This document shows, piece after piece, positions 1 to 9,779 of a DNA stretch of 64,000 nucleotides. The translations under genes and the position numbers were made by a program. Position 1 is the first letter of the stretch. Every line of letters begins with the position of its first letter. The notes beneath the pieces are model-generated. The model had not been told where the DNA came from and did no database searches. It saw nothing but the letters and a program-made list of their open reading frames with translations. The DNA comes from Spirochaetia bacterium. Lineage in GTDB: Bacteria > Spirochaetota > Spirochaetia > SZUA-6 > Bin103. The stretch spans positions 736,001-800,000 of the forward strand of contig CBDAOI010000003.1 of the NCBI GenBank assembly GCA_965198005.1. Reading direction: 5' to 3'.

Positions 1-1404
1 CCCGGCGTTGGCCCGGATCGTAGACCAGTCCTGTTGTCTGATCTCAACCTCGACCCCGATCTCGGCAAGGTAGCCTTGGACGATCTCACGATGCCCGACA
101 CTGGTGGGGTTGGCGATGATGTCGCTGATCGTGAATCGGATGCCGTCGGCGCCGCGCGGATACCCGGCCTCGTCGAGGAGCTTCTCGGCAGCTTCCGGGT
201 CGTACCGGTAGTACTGCTTGACCTCCTCGGGCCACTCCGCATACGGAATCGCAAATCCGGTGAACGGCTGTAACGAGCCCATGGGTTCGGGCCGCATCCA
301 ACCCTTGTAGTAGGTGTTGTTGATCGTTTCGAGGTCGACCGCCATCTGTATGGCGTGGCGCACGCGGATGTCGTCGAAGGGTGGCTTGGTCAGGTTGAAG
401 GCAGCGCCCTCCCCCCCCCGAAAATAGTACGCGTTCACCCTCAGCTCGGGGTTGGTCCGCTGCAGGCTGTCGATCGGGTCCACCGTAGAGAACTGACCGT
501 GGCCGTTGTGCGCAAGGTAGTCGATCTGGCCGGTGCGCATGGCCGATACGCGCGTCGCTTGGTCTGGCATGATCAGTCTGACCAGCTCGTCGATGTAGGG
601 CAAGCGGTTTTCGGGGTACTTCTCGTCGTGGCCCCAGTAGTCGGGATTCTTCACCCAGGTGATGGAGCTGCCGTCGACCCAGTCCGTCAGCATGAAGGGA
701 CCGGTACCGACCAGGTTCCTCCAGTCGGCGACGTCGCCGTGCTGCTCGATCGCCTCGGGGGCGTTTATGAACCCGATATTGTCGTCGATCAGCACCAACA
801 GCGCATCGAGGGGTGGATCCTGTAGCTTGACCTCGACCGTGTATCTGTCGGTGGCGGTGACCGATTCCCATGACAGGTCGGGGTATCGGGTGTTCTGGTC
901 GCTGGTGCGCCAGCGTTCGAAGTTGTACACCACGTCCTCGGCGGTCAGCTCGCGACCGTTCATCGGTGCCTTGTCGTGCCAGCGAACGCCCTGCCGGATG
1001 TGGAAGATATAGGTCGAAGGGTCGGGGATGTCCCAGCTTTCGGCCAGAGCCGGGGCAAACTGGTCTTCGAGCAGGAACTCGTTGGCGAGATTGTTCACGC
1101 TCCGATCGATGCCCCAGTTGGCGATGCCGAGCTTCTCGACCACGCCGCTGGCGGCAGATCCCGCCCCGATCCCACCGATCATCGCGTCGGAGTTCGGAGG
1201 CTCGAACGAGGCGCCGTAGGTCAGCGTCCCACCATACTCCGGTGCCGTGTACACCTTGCCGTTGGTGGGGTCGGTGACGTACTTCTTGTCGGCCGCGGCT
1301 GCCGCGCCGACGCTATCGCTTTCGCCGGCGGCGAACGAAACGGTGGCCACCAGCGCGAACGCCAGTGCCATCGATACTGCGATTGCTTTTGCTAAGAATC
1401 TCAT
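1..1404 (-). CDS. ABC transporter substrate-binding protein, family 5 (SBP1), 3' end outside window
   Basis: ATG at 1404 with GGAGG 7 nt upstream; paralog of 3930-5716; motifs PEYGGT, GTGP, DIRVRHA; frame checked at several points and open to position 1. Confidence 0.9.
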   Translation of the reverse strand, partial: MRFLAKAIAVSMALAFALVATVSFAAGESDSVGAAAAADKKYVTDPTNGKVYTAPEYGGTLTYGASFEPPNSDAMIGGIGAGSAASGVVEKLGIANWGIDRSVNNLANEFLLEDQFAPALAESWDIPDPSTYIFHIRQGVRWHDKAPMNGRELTAEDVVYNFERWRTSDQNTRYPDLSWESVTATDRYTVEVKLQDPPLDALLVLIDDNIGFINAPEAIEQHGDVADWRNLVGTGPFMLTDWVDGSSITWVKNPDYWGHDEKYPENRLPYIDELVRLIMPDQATRVSAMRTGQIDYLAHNGHGQFSTVDPIDSLQRTNPELRVNAYYFRGGEGAAFNLTKPPFDDIRVRHAIQMAVDLETINNTYYKGWMRPEPMGSLQPFTGFAIPYAEWPEEVKQYYRYDPEAAEKLLDEAGYPRGADGIRFTISDIIANPTSVGHREIVQGYLAEIGVEVEIRQQDWSTIRANAG

Positions 1405-1906
1405 CAAGATTCCTCCATCTAAATATGCAATGTGTCATAGAGCACTGATTCCACTGCCGGCCCCTCGCCTGCTCTACTCGAGCGAGGGCGACACCTTCTA
1501 GCGGCCTGCCTCGGCCGCTCGGTCCCTGCGTTAGTCCTGTATCCCGTGCCTCCTTTGACGCGCGTCGCGCCGACGGCATGCAAGCGATGACGTGACTCGC
1601 GTCACTCGCAACGTCATCGCTAGCCGGCCAGTGGGACCGATGGCATCAGCTCCCATGCGCGGACGATTGTAAAGGGCGGACGACCACATTCCGGTTAGCG
1701 CCGTTAGCGAAGGATAGCACGGCTCGTCTGGTCCCGCACACCCGCGCCCTTGCCCATCAGCAGTTCTCGGTGAACGGGTAGTGGTGGTGGTAGGATGCAC
1801 CGGCTGCGTTACCGCTAACCGGTGGGACCGCTGGGACGTGTCGTCACGCATCACGGTGCCCATGAGAACGCAGTCTGCCGCACGCGCGGCAAACAGTCAA
1901 GCGGGT
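1325..1906. repeat. Direct repeat copy 1 (SBP 5' end plus upstream region), copy 2 at ~5640-6214
   Basis: Near-identical sequence at offset 4312; I saw only one substitution and one 3-bp indel. Confidence 0.92.
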
Positions 1907-1936
1907 CGCGGCATCTGCTTCCCTCGCGCCCCCGAG

Positions 1937-2866
1937 CTACGCCTGCTTCTTCACCGGCTCGCGGCCGAGGCGCCCCCCGCCACCCCGCAGCCGCGGGTCG
2001 AGCAGGTCCCTGATCGCATCGCCGAACATGTTCAGGCTGTAGACCAGCACGGTCAGGAAGATACCGGGCCAGAACGCCAGCCACGGCGCCTGCTCCATGT
2101 ACTCGCGCCCTTCGCGGCTCAGCATCCCACCCCAGCTGGGAACCTCCAGTGGCAGACCGAAGCCGAGAAAGCTCAGCGAGGCCTCACTGATGATTACCGC
2201 ACCGATGTTGATACTGAAGACGATGATCACCGGCGCGACGATGTTGGGCACGACGTGGCGAATCAACGTCATTCCCCTCGATGACCCAATCGCCTCGGCC
2301 GCCTGAAAGTAGACATTCTCCTTGATGGCGATGACGGCGCTGCGGACCACCCTCGAGCCGCCGATGCCGCCGGTTACGCCGAGGACCACGATGGTCTGCA
2401 CCAGCCCCTGCCCCACGATGGACATGATGGTCAACAGGATCAGCAGTCCGGGTATCGACACCCAGGCATCGACGAATCGTTGGGTCGCCAGGTCGACCTT
2501 ACCGCCAACGAATCCGGAGGCACCGCCGATCACCAGGGCGACCACGACGTTGAGGGCGGTCGCGGCCAGGCCAACGGTCAGCGAAACACGCGCGCCGTAA
2601 ATCAGGCGGGTCAGCAGGTCGCGTCCGACATGATCGGTGCCGAGCAGAAAGCGCGCCGAGGGCCCGCTGAGCCGATCGGCCAGGCTCATCTCCAGCATTC
2701 CGTAGGGAGCCAGCACGTCGGCGAAGATGGCGGTCAGAACGAACAGCACGATGATGATCCCACTGGCGGTTCCCAGGGGTTTCTCTTTCCACAGCCGAGC
2801 GAAGAAGTAGGCGGCGCCGGTGCGGGTCTTCGGCTCGCTCACCGCGGTGGTCTGTCTGTCACTCAT
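1937..2866 (-). CDS. ABC transporter permease, DppC/OppC-like
   Basis: LLGTDHVGRD, EAA-type loop, GDAIRDLLDPR C-terminus. Confidence 0.93.
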   Translation of the reverse strand: MSDRQTTAVSEPKTRTGAAYFFARLWKEKPLGTASGIIIVLFVLTAIFADVLAPYGMLEMSLADRLSGPSARFLLGTDHVGRDLLTRLIYGARVSLTVGLAATALNVVVALVIGGASGFVGGKVDLATQRFVDAWVSIPGLLILLTIMSIVGQGLVQTIVVLGVTGGIGGSRVVRSAVIAIKENVYFQAAEAIGSSRGMTLIRHVVPNIVAPVIIVFSINIGAVIISEASLSFLGFGLPLEVPSWGGMLSREGREYMEQAPWLAFWPGIFLTVLVYSLNMFGDAIRDLLDPRLRGGGGRLGREPVKKQA

Positions 2867-3815
2867 AGCGGATTCTCGGATCGAGGAACCCGTACGTCAG
2901 GTCGATGAGCACGTTCCCCACCACGACGAAGCTGCCAAACAGCAGGTTGATTCCCGAGACCACTGTGTAGTCTCGGTCTTCGAGAGCATTCAGCATCAGA
3001 CGACCCAGCCCAGGCAGATTGAAGATGTTCTCCATGATGACCGAGCCGCCCACCAGGATGGGCAGCTGCAAGCCCACCAGCGTAATCACCGGGATGATGG
3101 CGTTCTTGACCGCGTGCCGCACGACCACCGCCCGCTCCTTCAGACCCTTGGACCAGGCGGTGCGGACATAGTCCTGCCGCAGCACCTCCAACATCATGGT
3201 GCGTGTCATCCGCATGGTGGCCGCGGCCATCGCCGTTCCCAGGATGGCGCCGGGAATGATGAACATCCCCAGGTTCCCCAGCGGGTCGGCGCTGAACCGG
3301 ATGAGGCGCATCGGTGGTGACCAGCCCCACCAGATTGCCGGGTAGAGCATGACCATCACCGCCAGCCAGAAGTTGGGCGTTGCCAGGCCGATGACGGCAA
3401 CCGAGCGTCCCACGTAGTCGGCGGCGGTATCCTGGCGGATCGCCGAGTAGATGCCCACCGGCAGGGCGATCAGCAGCCCGATCACCAGCGCCGTCACGCC
3501 GAGCTGAATCGTCACCGGCAACCTACCCGCTATCTTCTCGTTTACGGAGAAGCGGCCGAGCAGGGATTGACCCAGGCTCCCGTGCAGCACGATGTCGCCC
3601 AGCCAGCGCGCGTACTGCACGGGAATGGGCTGGTCCAAGCCGAGCTTGCGCTCGAGAGCTTCGCGGTCGATCTCGCCGGCGGTGAAGGCGTACTCTTCCT
3701 GCATGGCGTCGATGACATCGCCGGGGATGAACCGGACCAGCAGAAAGACGATCATGCTCAGGATCAGGAGCGTAGGGACGACCAGCAGCACCCTTCTGAT
3801 GACGTACGCTCTCAT
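2859..3815 (-). CDS. ABC transporter permease, DppB/OppB-like
   Basis: MRAYVIRR start, PGD motif, QDYVRTAWSKGL, LDPRIR; overlaps next gene. Confidence 0.93.
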   Translation of the reverse strand: MRAYVIRRVLLVVPTLLILSMIVFLLVRFIPGDVIDAMQEEYAFTAGEIDREALERKLGLDQPIPVQYARWLGDIVLHGSLGQSLLGRFSVNEKIAGRLPVTIQLGVTALVIGLLIALPVGIYSAIRQDTAADYVGRSVAVIGLATPNFWLAVMVMLYPAIWWGWSPPMRLIRFSADPLGNLGMFIIPGAILGTAMAAATMRMTRTMMLEVLRQDYVRTAWSKGLKERAVVVRHAVKNAIIPVITLVGLQLPILVGGSVIMENIFNLPGLGRLMLNALEDRDYTVVSGINLLFGSFVVVGNVLIDLTYGFLDPRIRYE

Positions 3816-3929
3816 GGCAGATACCTGGCTGTTATCACGCGGCGTGCGGAGATGAGAGGGGAGCCGGGATAGCGGTCGGCTGCCCGACTCCCCCCTCCCC
3901 TAGGTCACGATTGACTAGCGATACCTGAG

Positions 3930-5716
3930 CTAGCCGCCCATTTCCCTCTTCAGCGCCTGATCGATCCAGAGGCGGGCGAAGACGGCGTTCTTGTTCCAGA
4001 CCCCCATGTAGAAGTCACCGTCGAAACCCTGCAGCCACGGCTGGGTGACGTTGAACCATGGATTCAGGCCTCCCCACATGAAGATGTGGTTCTCTACGAG
4101 CCAGTAATCGGCCTCTCTCGCGAGCCGCTGATGTTCCTCCGCGGTGGCAGCCACTTTCAGTTGCTCGATCAGTGCGTCGTACTCCGGGTCACTGAGTCCT
4201 GGGACGTTGTTCGGGTGGCCCGACGACGTGGCGTTCAGAATTACCAGAGGGCGATACGGAGTGCCCTGACCCCAGTTGGTGATGCCGTCATACTCGCCCT
4301 TGCCACCCCCGAAGTTGGCCTGCATCGTAGGCCAGTCCTGTTGCCGGATCTCGACCTGGACCCCGATCTCGGCAAGGTAGCCCTGGACGATCTCACGATG
4401 CCCGATGCTCTGGGGGTTGTAGATCATGTCGCTGATCGTGAATCGGATGCCGTCGGCGCCGCGCGGATACCCGGCCTCGTCGAGGAGCTTCTCGGCAGCT
4501 TCCGGGTCGTACCGGTAGTACTGCCTGACCTCCTCGGGCCACTCAGCAAACGGAATCGCAAATCCGGTGGCGGGCTTTATCGTCCCCATGGGTTCGGGCC
4601 GCATCCAACCCTTGTAGTAGGTAGTGTTGATGGTTTCGAGGTCGACCGCCATCTGTATGGCGTGGCGCACGCGGATGTCGTCGAAGGGTGGCTTGGTCAC
4701 GTTGAAGGCAGCGCTCTCCCCCGCCCGAAAATAGTACGGGTTCACCCTCAGCTCGGGGTTGCTCCGCTGCAGGCTGTCGATCGGGTCCACCGTCTGAAAG
4801 TGTCCCCGGCTGTTGTGAGCAAGGTAGTCGATCTGGCCAGTACGCATGGCCGAGATGCGTGTCGCTTGGTCTGGCATGATCAGTCTGACCAGCTCGTCGA
4901 TGTAGGGCAGGCGGTTCTCGGGGTACTTCTCGTCGTGGCCCCAGTAGTCGGGATTCTTGACCCAGGTGATGGCGCTGCCGTCGACCCAGTCCGTCAACAT
5001 GAAGGGACCGGTACCGACCAGGTTCCTCCAGTCGGCGACGTCGCCGTGCTGCTCGATCACCTCGGGGCGTTTACGAACCCCATACTGTCCTCGATCAGCA
5101 CCAACAGCGCATCGAGGGGTGGATCGACCAGCTTGACCTCGACCGTGTATCTGTCGGTGGCGGTGACCGATTCCCATGACATCGCGGGGTATCGGGTGTT
5201 CTTGTCGCTGGTGCGCCAGCGCGCGATGTTGTACACCACGTCGTCGGCCGTGAGCTCGCGACCGTTCATCGGTGCCTTGTCGTGCCAGCGAACGCCCTGA
5301 CGGATGTGGAAGATATAGGTCGAAGGGTTGGGGATGTCCCAGCTTTCGGCCAGAGCCCCGGTAAAGTGGTCTTCGAGCAGGTACTCGTTGGCGAGATTGT
5401 TCACGCTCCGATCTATGCCCCAGTTGGCGATGCCGAGCTTCTCGACCACGCCGCTGGCGGCAGCTCCTGCCCCGATATCACCGACCATCGCGTCGGAGTT
5501 CGGAGGCTCCGACGAGGAGCCGTAGGTCAGCGTCCCACCATACTCCGGTGCCGTGTACACCTTGCCGTTGGTGGGGTCGGTGACGTACTTCTTGTCGGCG
5601 GCGGCTGCGGAGTCGTCGCTGTCGCTTTCGCCGGCCCCACCGGCGAACGAAACGGTGGCCACCAGCGCGAACGCCAGTGCCATCGATACTGCGATTGCTT
5701 TTGCTAAGAATCTCAT
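3930..5716 (-). CDS. ABC substrate-binding protein family 5 (SBP2), single frameshift at ~5064-5067
   Basis: Split over ORFs 5057-5719 and 3930-5177; G4 run where the paralog has G5, so possibly a sequencing error. Confidence 0.88.
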
Positions 5717-6214
5717 CAAGATTCCTCCATCTAAATATGCAATGTGTCATAGAGCACTGATTCCACTGCCGGCCCCTCGCCTGCTCTACTCGAGCGAGGG
5801 CGACACCTTCTAGCGGCCTGCCTCGGCCGCTCGGTCCCTGCGTTAGTCCTGTATCCCGTGCCTCCTTTGACGCGCGTCGCGCCGACGGCATGCAAGCGAT
5901 GACGTGACTCGCGTCACTCGCAACGTCATCGCTAGCCGGCCAGTGGGACCGATGGCATCAGCTCCCATGCGCGGACGATTGTAAAGGGCGGACGACCACA
6001 TTCCGGTTAGCGCCGTTAGCGAAGGATAGCACGGCTCGTCTGGTCCCGCACACCCGCGCCCTTGCCCATCAGCAGTTCTCGGTGAACGGGTAGTGGTGGT
6101 GGTAGGATGCACCGGCTGCGTTACCGCTAACCGGTGGGAGCGCTGGGACGTGTCGTCACGCATCACGGTGCCCAGAACGCAGTCTGCCGCACGCGCGGCA
6201 AACAGTCAAGCGGG
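5640..6214. repeat. Direct repeat copy 2 of 1325-1906
   Basis: Direct sequence comparison. Confidence 0.92.
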
Positions 6215-6731
6215 CATTCAGGTGCCCCCGCCAGCCGGTGGGAACTCTCCCACACGATCGCCTCATGCCTCGCTCCGCTCCGCGGCCAGCCACTCACCGA
6301 GACTAACAGCACAATAAGGATTGTAAGGCTTATTCCGGCGGTTGTCAAACCTGAATTCGGTGACGTGGATGGGACCCGTTCGGCATCTGCTTCCCTCGCG
6401 CCCCCTTCCGTAGAGCTATCTGCTTACTCTGTCATAAAATACCGAACACTGCCCGCGTCCCTTCATCCCCAAGAATAGTTCAGTCGATTGCCCTGCGAGG
6501 GGTCGGAGGTGGCGGTGGGCGACCCGGCACAGGCAGCGTCGTGTGCTCAGCTGGCAGGGCGCGCCGGCTGACCCACACCGGAGCCCAGGGTGGAGCCGTG
6601 CACCAAGCGCCTGCTGGCGGCGCAGGGAGCACACCAGCCCCCCGGCCAAGTCTCCCGGCGCGGTTACCCGGACGCGGTATGCGCGGTACCCGGTCCGACG
6701 CAGGCACTAATCAGGGATGATAACGTTCAGC

Positions 6732-6915
6732 GCTACCCGGACAGCGGCTGCGGCGGCGAGTTCATCCGCACCAGCACCTGGTCCCACGACGGGAACAGGA
6801 ATAGCCGAAACGTGGCACGCACCGCGCCCCAGAACTCCCGGCGCGCCCCGAACCCAGCCCGCACCTGCTGATACGGACCGTCCACCAGCTCGAATATCTG
6901 GTGCATGAAATAGGC
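6732..6915 (-). mobile_element. 3' fragment of ISNCY-type transposase
   Basis: Near-identical reverse complement of ~61809-61992. Confidence 0.85.
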
Positions 6916-7044
6916 ATGGAGCAGACGCCCTGGCTGGCGCTGTGGCCCGGTCTTTGCCTGACTATTGCCGTTTACTGTCTAAACATGCTCGGCGACGCCA
7001 TGCGGGACCTCCTCGACCCCAGGCTCAGGGGCGGCGAGGGGTGA
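6916..7044 (+). pseudogene. 3' fragment of DppC-like permease
   Basis: Translates MEQTPWLALWPGLCLTIAVYCLNMLGDAMRDLLDPRLRGGEG*, matching the ends of 15392-16312 and 35675-36577. Confidence 0.88.
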
Positions 7045-7170
7045 GGGGGGCTAGGGCGGACATCCGCCTGAGGCGGACCCCTGTCCGAATTTGTCATTGA
7101 CAAGGACCCAAATCAAGTATCTAGTTCGCTGACTACTTTGACACCCAAATATTCGAATGGAGGAATTGAC

Positions 7171-7737
7171 GTGAACTCATCTAATGAACAAGTTATTTTT
7201 GAAGACCGCTTCGATGGGGCGCTAGACGAAGGCTGGTCATGGCTGAGGGAGAACCCGGACCGTTGGCGTATTCGAGACAGCGGGCTGGAGATTTGCGTCG
7301 AGCCCGGTGACGCTGCTACGGTCAGGAACGCGTTGCTCAGGCCCGCGCCAGACCGCGGCGCTGGCACATTTGCCATCGAAGTGACCGTTACCAACCACAC
7401 CTATCCAACCCAGCCGTATGAGCAAGCGGGGATCACCTGGTACAATGACGGCAAGCCGGTATTCAAGGAGGTGAAGGAGCTCCTTGACGGCGAGCTTTAC
7501 ATCATCCCCGGGCGGCAGCCGATGCCGGCGAAGAGCGTCCGACTGCGCTTGCTGGTTACCGCGGATTCTTGGGAAGCACAATATCGCCCCGAAGATGCGA
7601 CAGAATTCCAAACGGCGGCAACAGGCGACCTTCCCCCGCCGGGCGACGACCAGGTGAGTATCCAGTGCTATAACGGCCCGGCAGATGCGGCGCATTGGAT
7701 TCGGTTCGAGAAATTCAGCATTAAGTCATTAACCTAG
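7171..7737 (+). CDS. Conserved protein, probable ConA-like/DUF1349-type beta-sandwich (copy 1 of 3)
   Basis: GGAGG RBS then GTG; F-D-G-x-L-x-x-G-W-x-W-L-R-E start and YEQAGI motif; near-identical copies at 16356 and 41778. Confidence 0.7.
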   Translation: MNSSNEQVIFEDRFDGALDEGWSWLRENPDRWRIRDSGLEICVEPGDAATVRNALLRPAPDRGAGTFAIEVTVTNHTYPTQPYEQAGITWYNDGKPVFKEVKELLDGELYIIPGRQPMPAKSVRLRLLVTADSWEAQYRPEDATEFQTAATGDLPPPGDDQVSIQCYNGPADAAHWIRFEKFSIKSLT

Positions 7738-7855
7738 CTAGGTACATACCAACTCATGTGCCAGACAAGTACCGCAGGATTGCAGGTGCGGTAACTGTTT
7801 GGTCCCGGACATTCCGGCTTGCGGCACCATGGCGACTACTGACAGGAGCTCATAG

Positions 7856-8368
7856 ATGACACAGACACTTCCGACGGCGGTTCTGGGTCGTACTGGGCTC
7901 GAGGTCTCCAGACTGGGATATGGCACCGCGCTTCGTAACCAGCCCAACCACGAGCAGTGGGGAAGGCTTCTCAACACCGTCCTGGACTCGGGAATCAACT
8001 TCATCGACACGGCGAACGACTATGGCGTTGCGGGCATCACTCGATCGGCGAGCGGCCCCGCGCGGGTGATGCTCCCGGTCATTCGTGAACAGGGAGCTGC
8101 CTACGTGATTGGCGGCATCTTTTCCGTGCCTGGCAGAGGTGTCGTCAACGGCGCGCTGTTCAGGGACGAGCGCCTCCTCGAGTTGGCCCGAACGACCGGT
8201 ATCTCTATTGCGGCGCTGAGTGTGCGCTTCTTGCTGGCGAATCGGGAGATTACGACCATCCTGGTGGGTGCGTCCACACCCGAGGAGCTCGAGGAAAGTG
8301 TCGTGGCGGCGCAGGCCGGTCCACTCCCGCCGGATATTCAGCAAACTCTGGAGGAGCTCGCCTCGTAA
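7856..8368 (+). pseudogene. Aldo/keto reductase with large in-frame internal deletion
   Basis: LGRTGLEVSRLGYG and IDTANDYG N-terminus joined to a C-terminal part resembling 16930-17916; only 170 aa. Confidence 0.78.
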
Positions 8369-8404
8369 CGGCCCCGACTTGACCGCGAGGACGCTCTGAG
8401 TAAT

Positions 8405-8702
8405 GCGTGCGCAGCGCCCCGAGATCACCGCTCGCACGATCGAATCGTACCTCCACAACCTCTATCGTGCGCAGCCTGACTTCGTCTACAGCGTGTCCCG
8501 CGACTTCGCGCGATCGTGCCCCACGCCGATCCTGGTCATGCCCGATGACGCACCGTCGCACCCCTACCAGACATCCATGGACATTGTCGAGCTGGCGCCA
8601 CACGCCGAAGTTACTCCCTTCCCCTGGGCAGACCAACCCGAAATGCTAGCCCAGACCATCCAACAGGTGCGCGATTTCCTGCACGCCCATGAACCCAGGT
8701 GA
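8405..8702 (+). pseudogene. 3' fragment of alpha/beta hydrolase
   Basis: Near-identical to 47915-48212 including downstream sequence. Confidence 0.88.
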
Positions 8703-8876
8703 GAAATTTGGGCATGTTCCTGGAGTCCCTGGGGGCCGTAACCGAGCTGCGCCCGCTGAGTTCGGCATTGGCATAGATGGGGCCCCAACTGAAGTAACTG
8801 AAGTGCGCACGATTGACAGTGGGCATGGGCGGCGGTGAGCGGGACCAGACGGCGTGCTGTCCTTGGCCGGCTTAGA

Positions 8877-9251
8877 TTAGGTCACGCGCGCCAGCGGTAC
8901 CCGCGTCGACTTCAGCATCTGCCGGTCTCGAGTCAGCAGGGGGATGTTGTGCACCACGCTGGTCGCCGCGATCAGCTCGTCGGCCGGGTCGCCGCGAAAG
9001 TCCAGGTCGATCGAGGCCCGGGCTACGTCGAGGTCGAGCGGCCAAACGTGCAGGCTGGCCAGCACACTCTGGACCTCGGCGTCGCCGAGATCGACGTCGA
9101 GCCGGCCAAGCTGCGACAACTTCGCCAGCTCCCAGAAGACGATGGCCGCCACTCCCCAGTCGTGCTCGATCAGCATCGACTCCTCCGTAGGTCTCAGGTC
9201 GCCGGTGAGGGCGTGCACGAGAATGTGCGTATCAAGATTCAGCAGCGGCAT
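8877..9251 (-). CDS. vapC: Type II toxin, PIN-domain VapC family
   Basis: LDTHILV, DPADELIAAT, LLTRD motifs; overlaps upstream antitoxin. Confidence 0.88.
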   Translation of the reverse strand: MPLLNLDTHILVHALTGDLRPTEESMLIEHDWGVAAIVFWELAKLSQLGRLDVDLGDAEVQSVLASLHVWPLDLDVARASIDLDFRGDPADELIAATSVVHNIPLLTRDRQMLKSTRVPLARVT

Positions 9252-9462
9252 CCCACGTCACTCCCGTGGTGAGGATGTCACCGCGTACGGCTAGCTTCCC
9301 TCGTAACGCGCCGATCAGCTGGCGCGGTTGCACTGGATAGCGCACAACCCGTGCCACCGGCTTGCCGTGTTTGGTAACGATCAGGCCGTCGCGGGGGAGG
9401 TCGTCGAGAAGCGCCAGGCACTGCTCCTTGAATTTCGCTGCACCGATCGTCCGCGTGTTCAT
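9232..9462 (-). CDS. Type II antitoxin, Phd/YefM family
   Basis: IGAAKFKEQCLALLD and VTKHGKPVARV motifs. Confidence 0.88.
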   Translation of the reverse strand: MNTRTIGAAKFKEQCLALLDDLPRDGLIVTKHGKPVARVVRYPVQPRQLIGALRGKLAVRGDILTTGVTWDAAAES

Positions 9463-9779
9463 AAGTGGTCATATAATACGACCAGGCGGAAATTATGACC
9501 AGTGCCGACCACCCGCCGCCGGCCTACTCGCGTAGCTGGCGCGGCCAGTTCCGACCACCCCCCGCCGTTGGCCACTGCCGCGGCAGCTAATGGTCTGGCG
9601 AGGCGGCGCCGAGGCGCTGTATCACGCCGACGGGTCGATGGACCTCGAGCGCAACGAAGCGCTCCGGCAATTTCTCGGCAAGGCCCCCAGCCCCGTCGAC
9701 GAGGAGACCCTGCGCCGCGTTCTCCGGGAAGAGTTCCATACAACAGACTGAGGCGAGTCAGCGTAGATGGCGAGCCTAG

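Noticed and set aside
407-419. Frameshift or phase-variable poly-G tract in SBP1
   Set aside because: The G9 run is in frame (F-R-G-G-E-G) and the same length as the paralog segment; no evidence of slippage
5064-5067. SBP2 frameshift as a programmed or biological event
   Set aside because: One-base loss in a homopolymer is the typical long-read error; cannot be judged without reads
4086-5300. Long antisense ORFs (this one, 21423-22076, 52301-53065, 53711-54496 and others)
   Set aside because: Shadows of real genes in GC-rich DNA with no recognisable motifs
8835-9779. Integron cassette around the toxin-antitoxin pair
   Set aside because: No convincing attC with paired R boxes and no IntI; the tyrosine recombinases present are RIT-type or a XerD-like fragment
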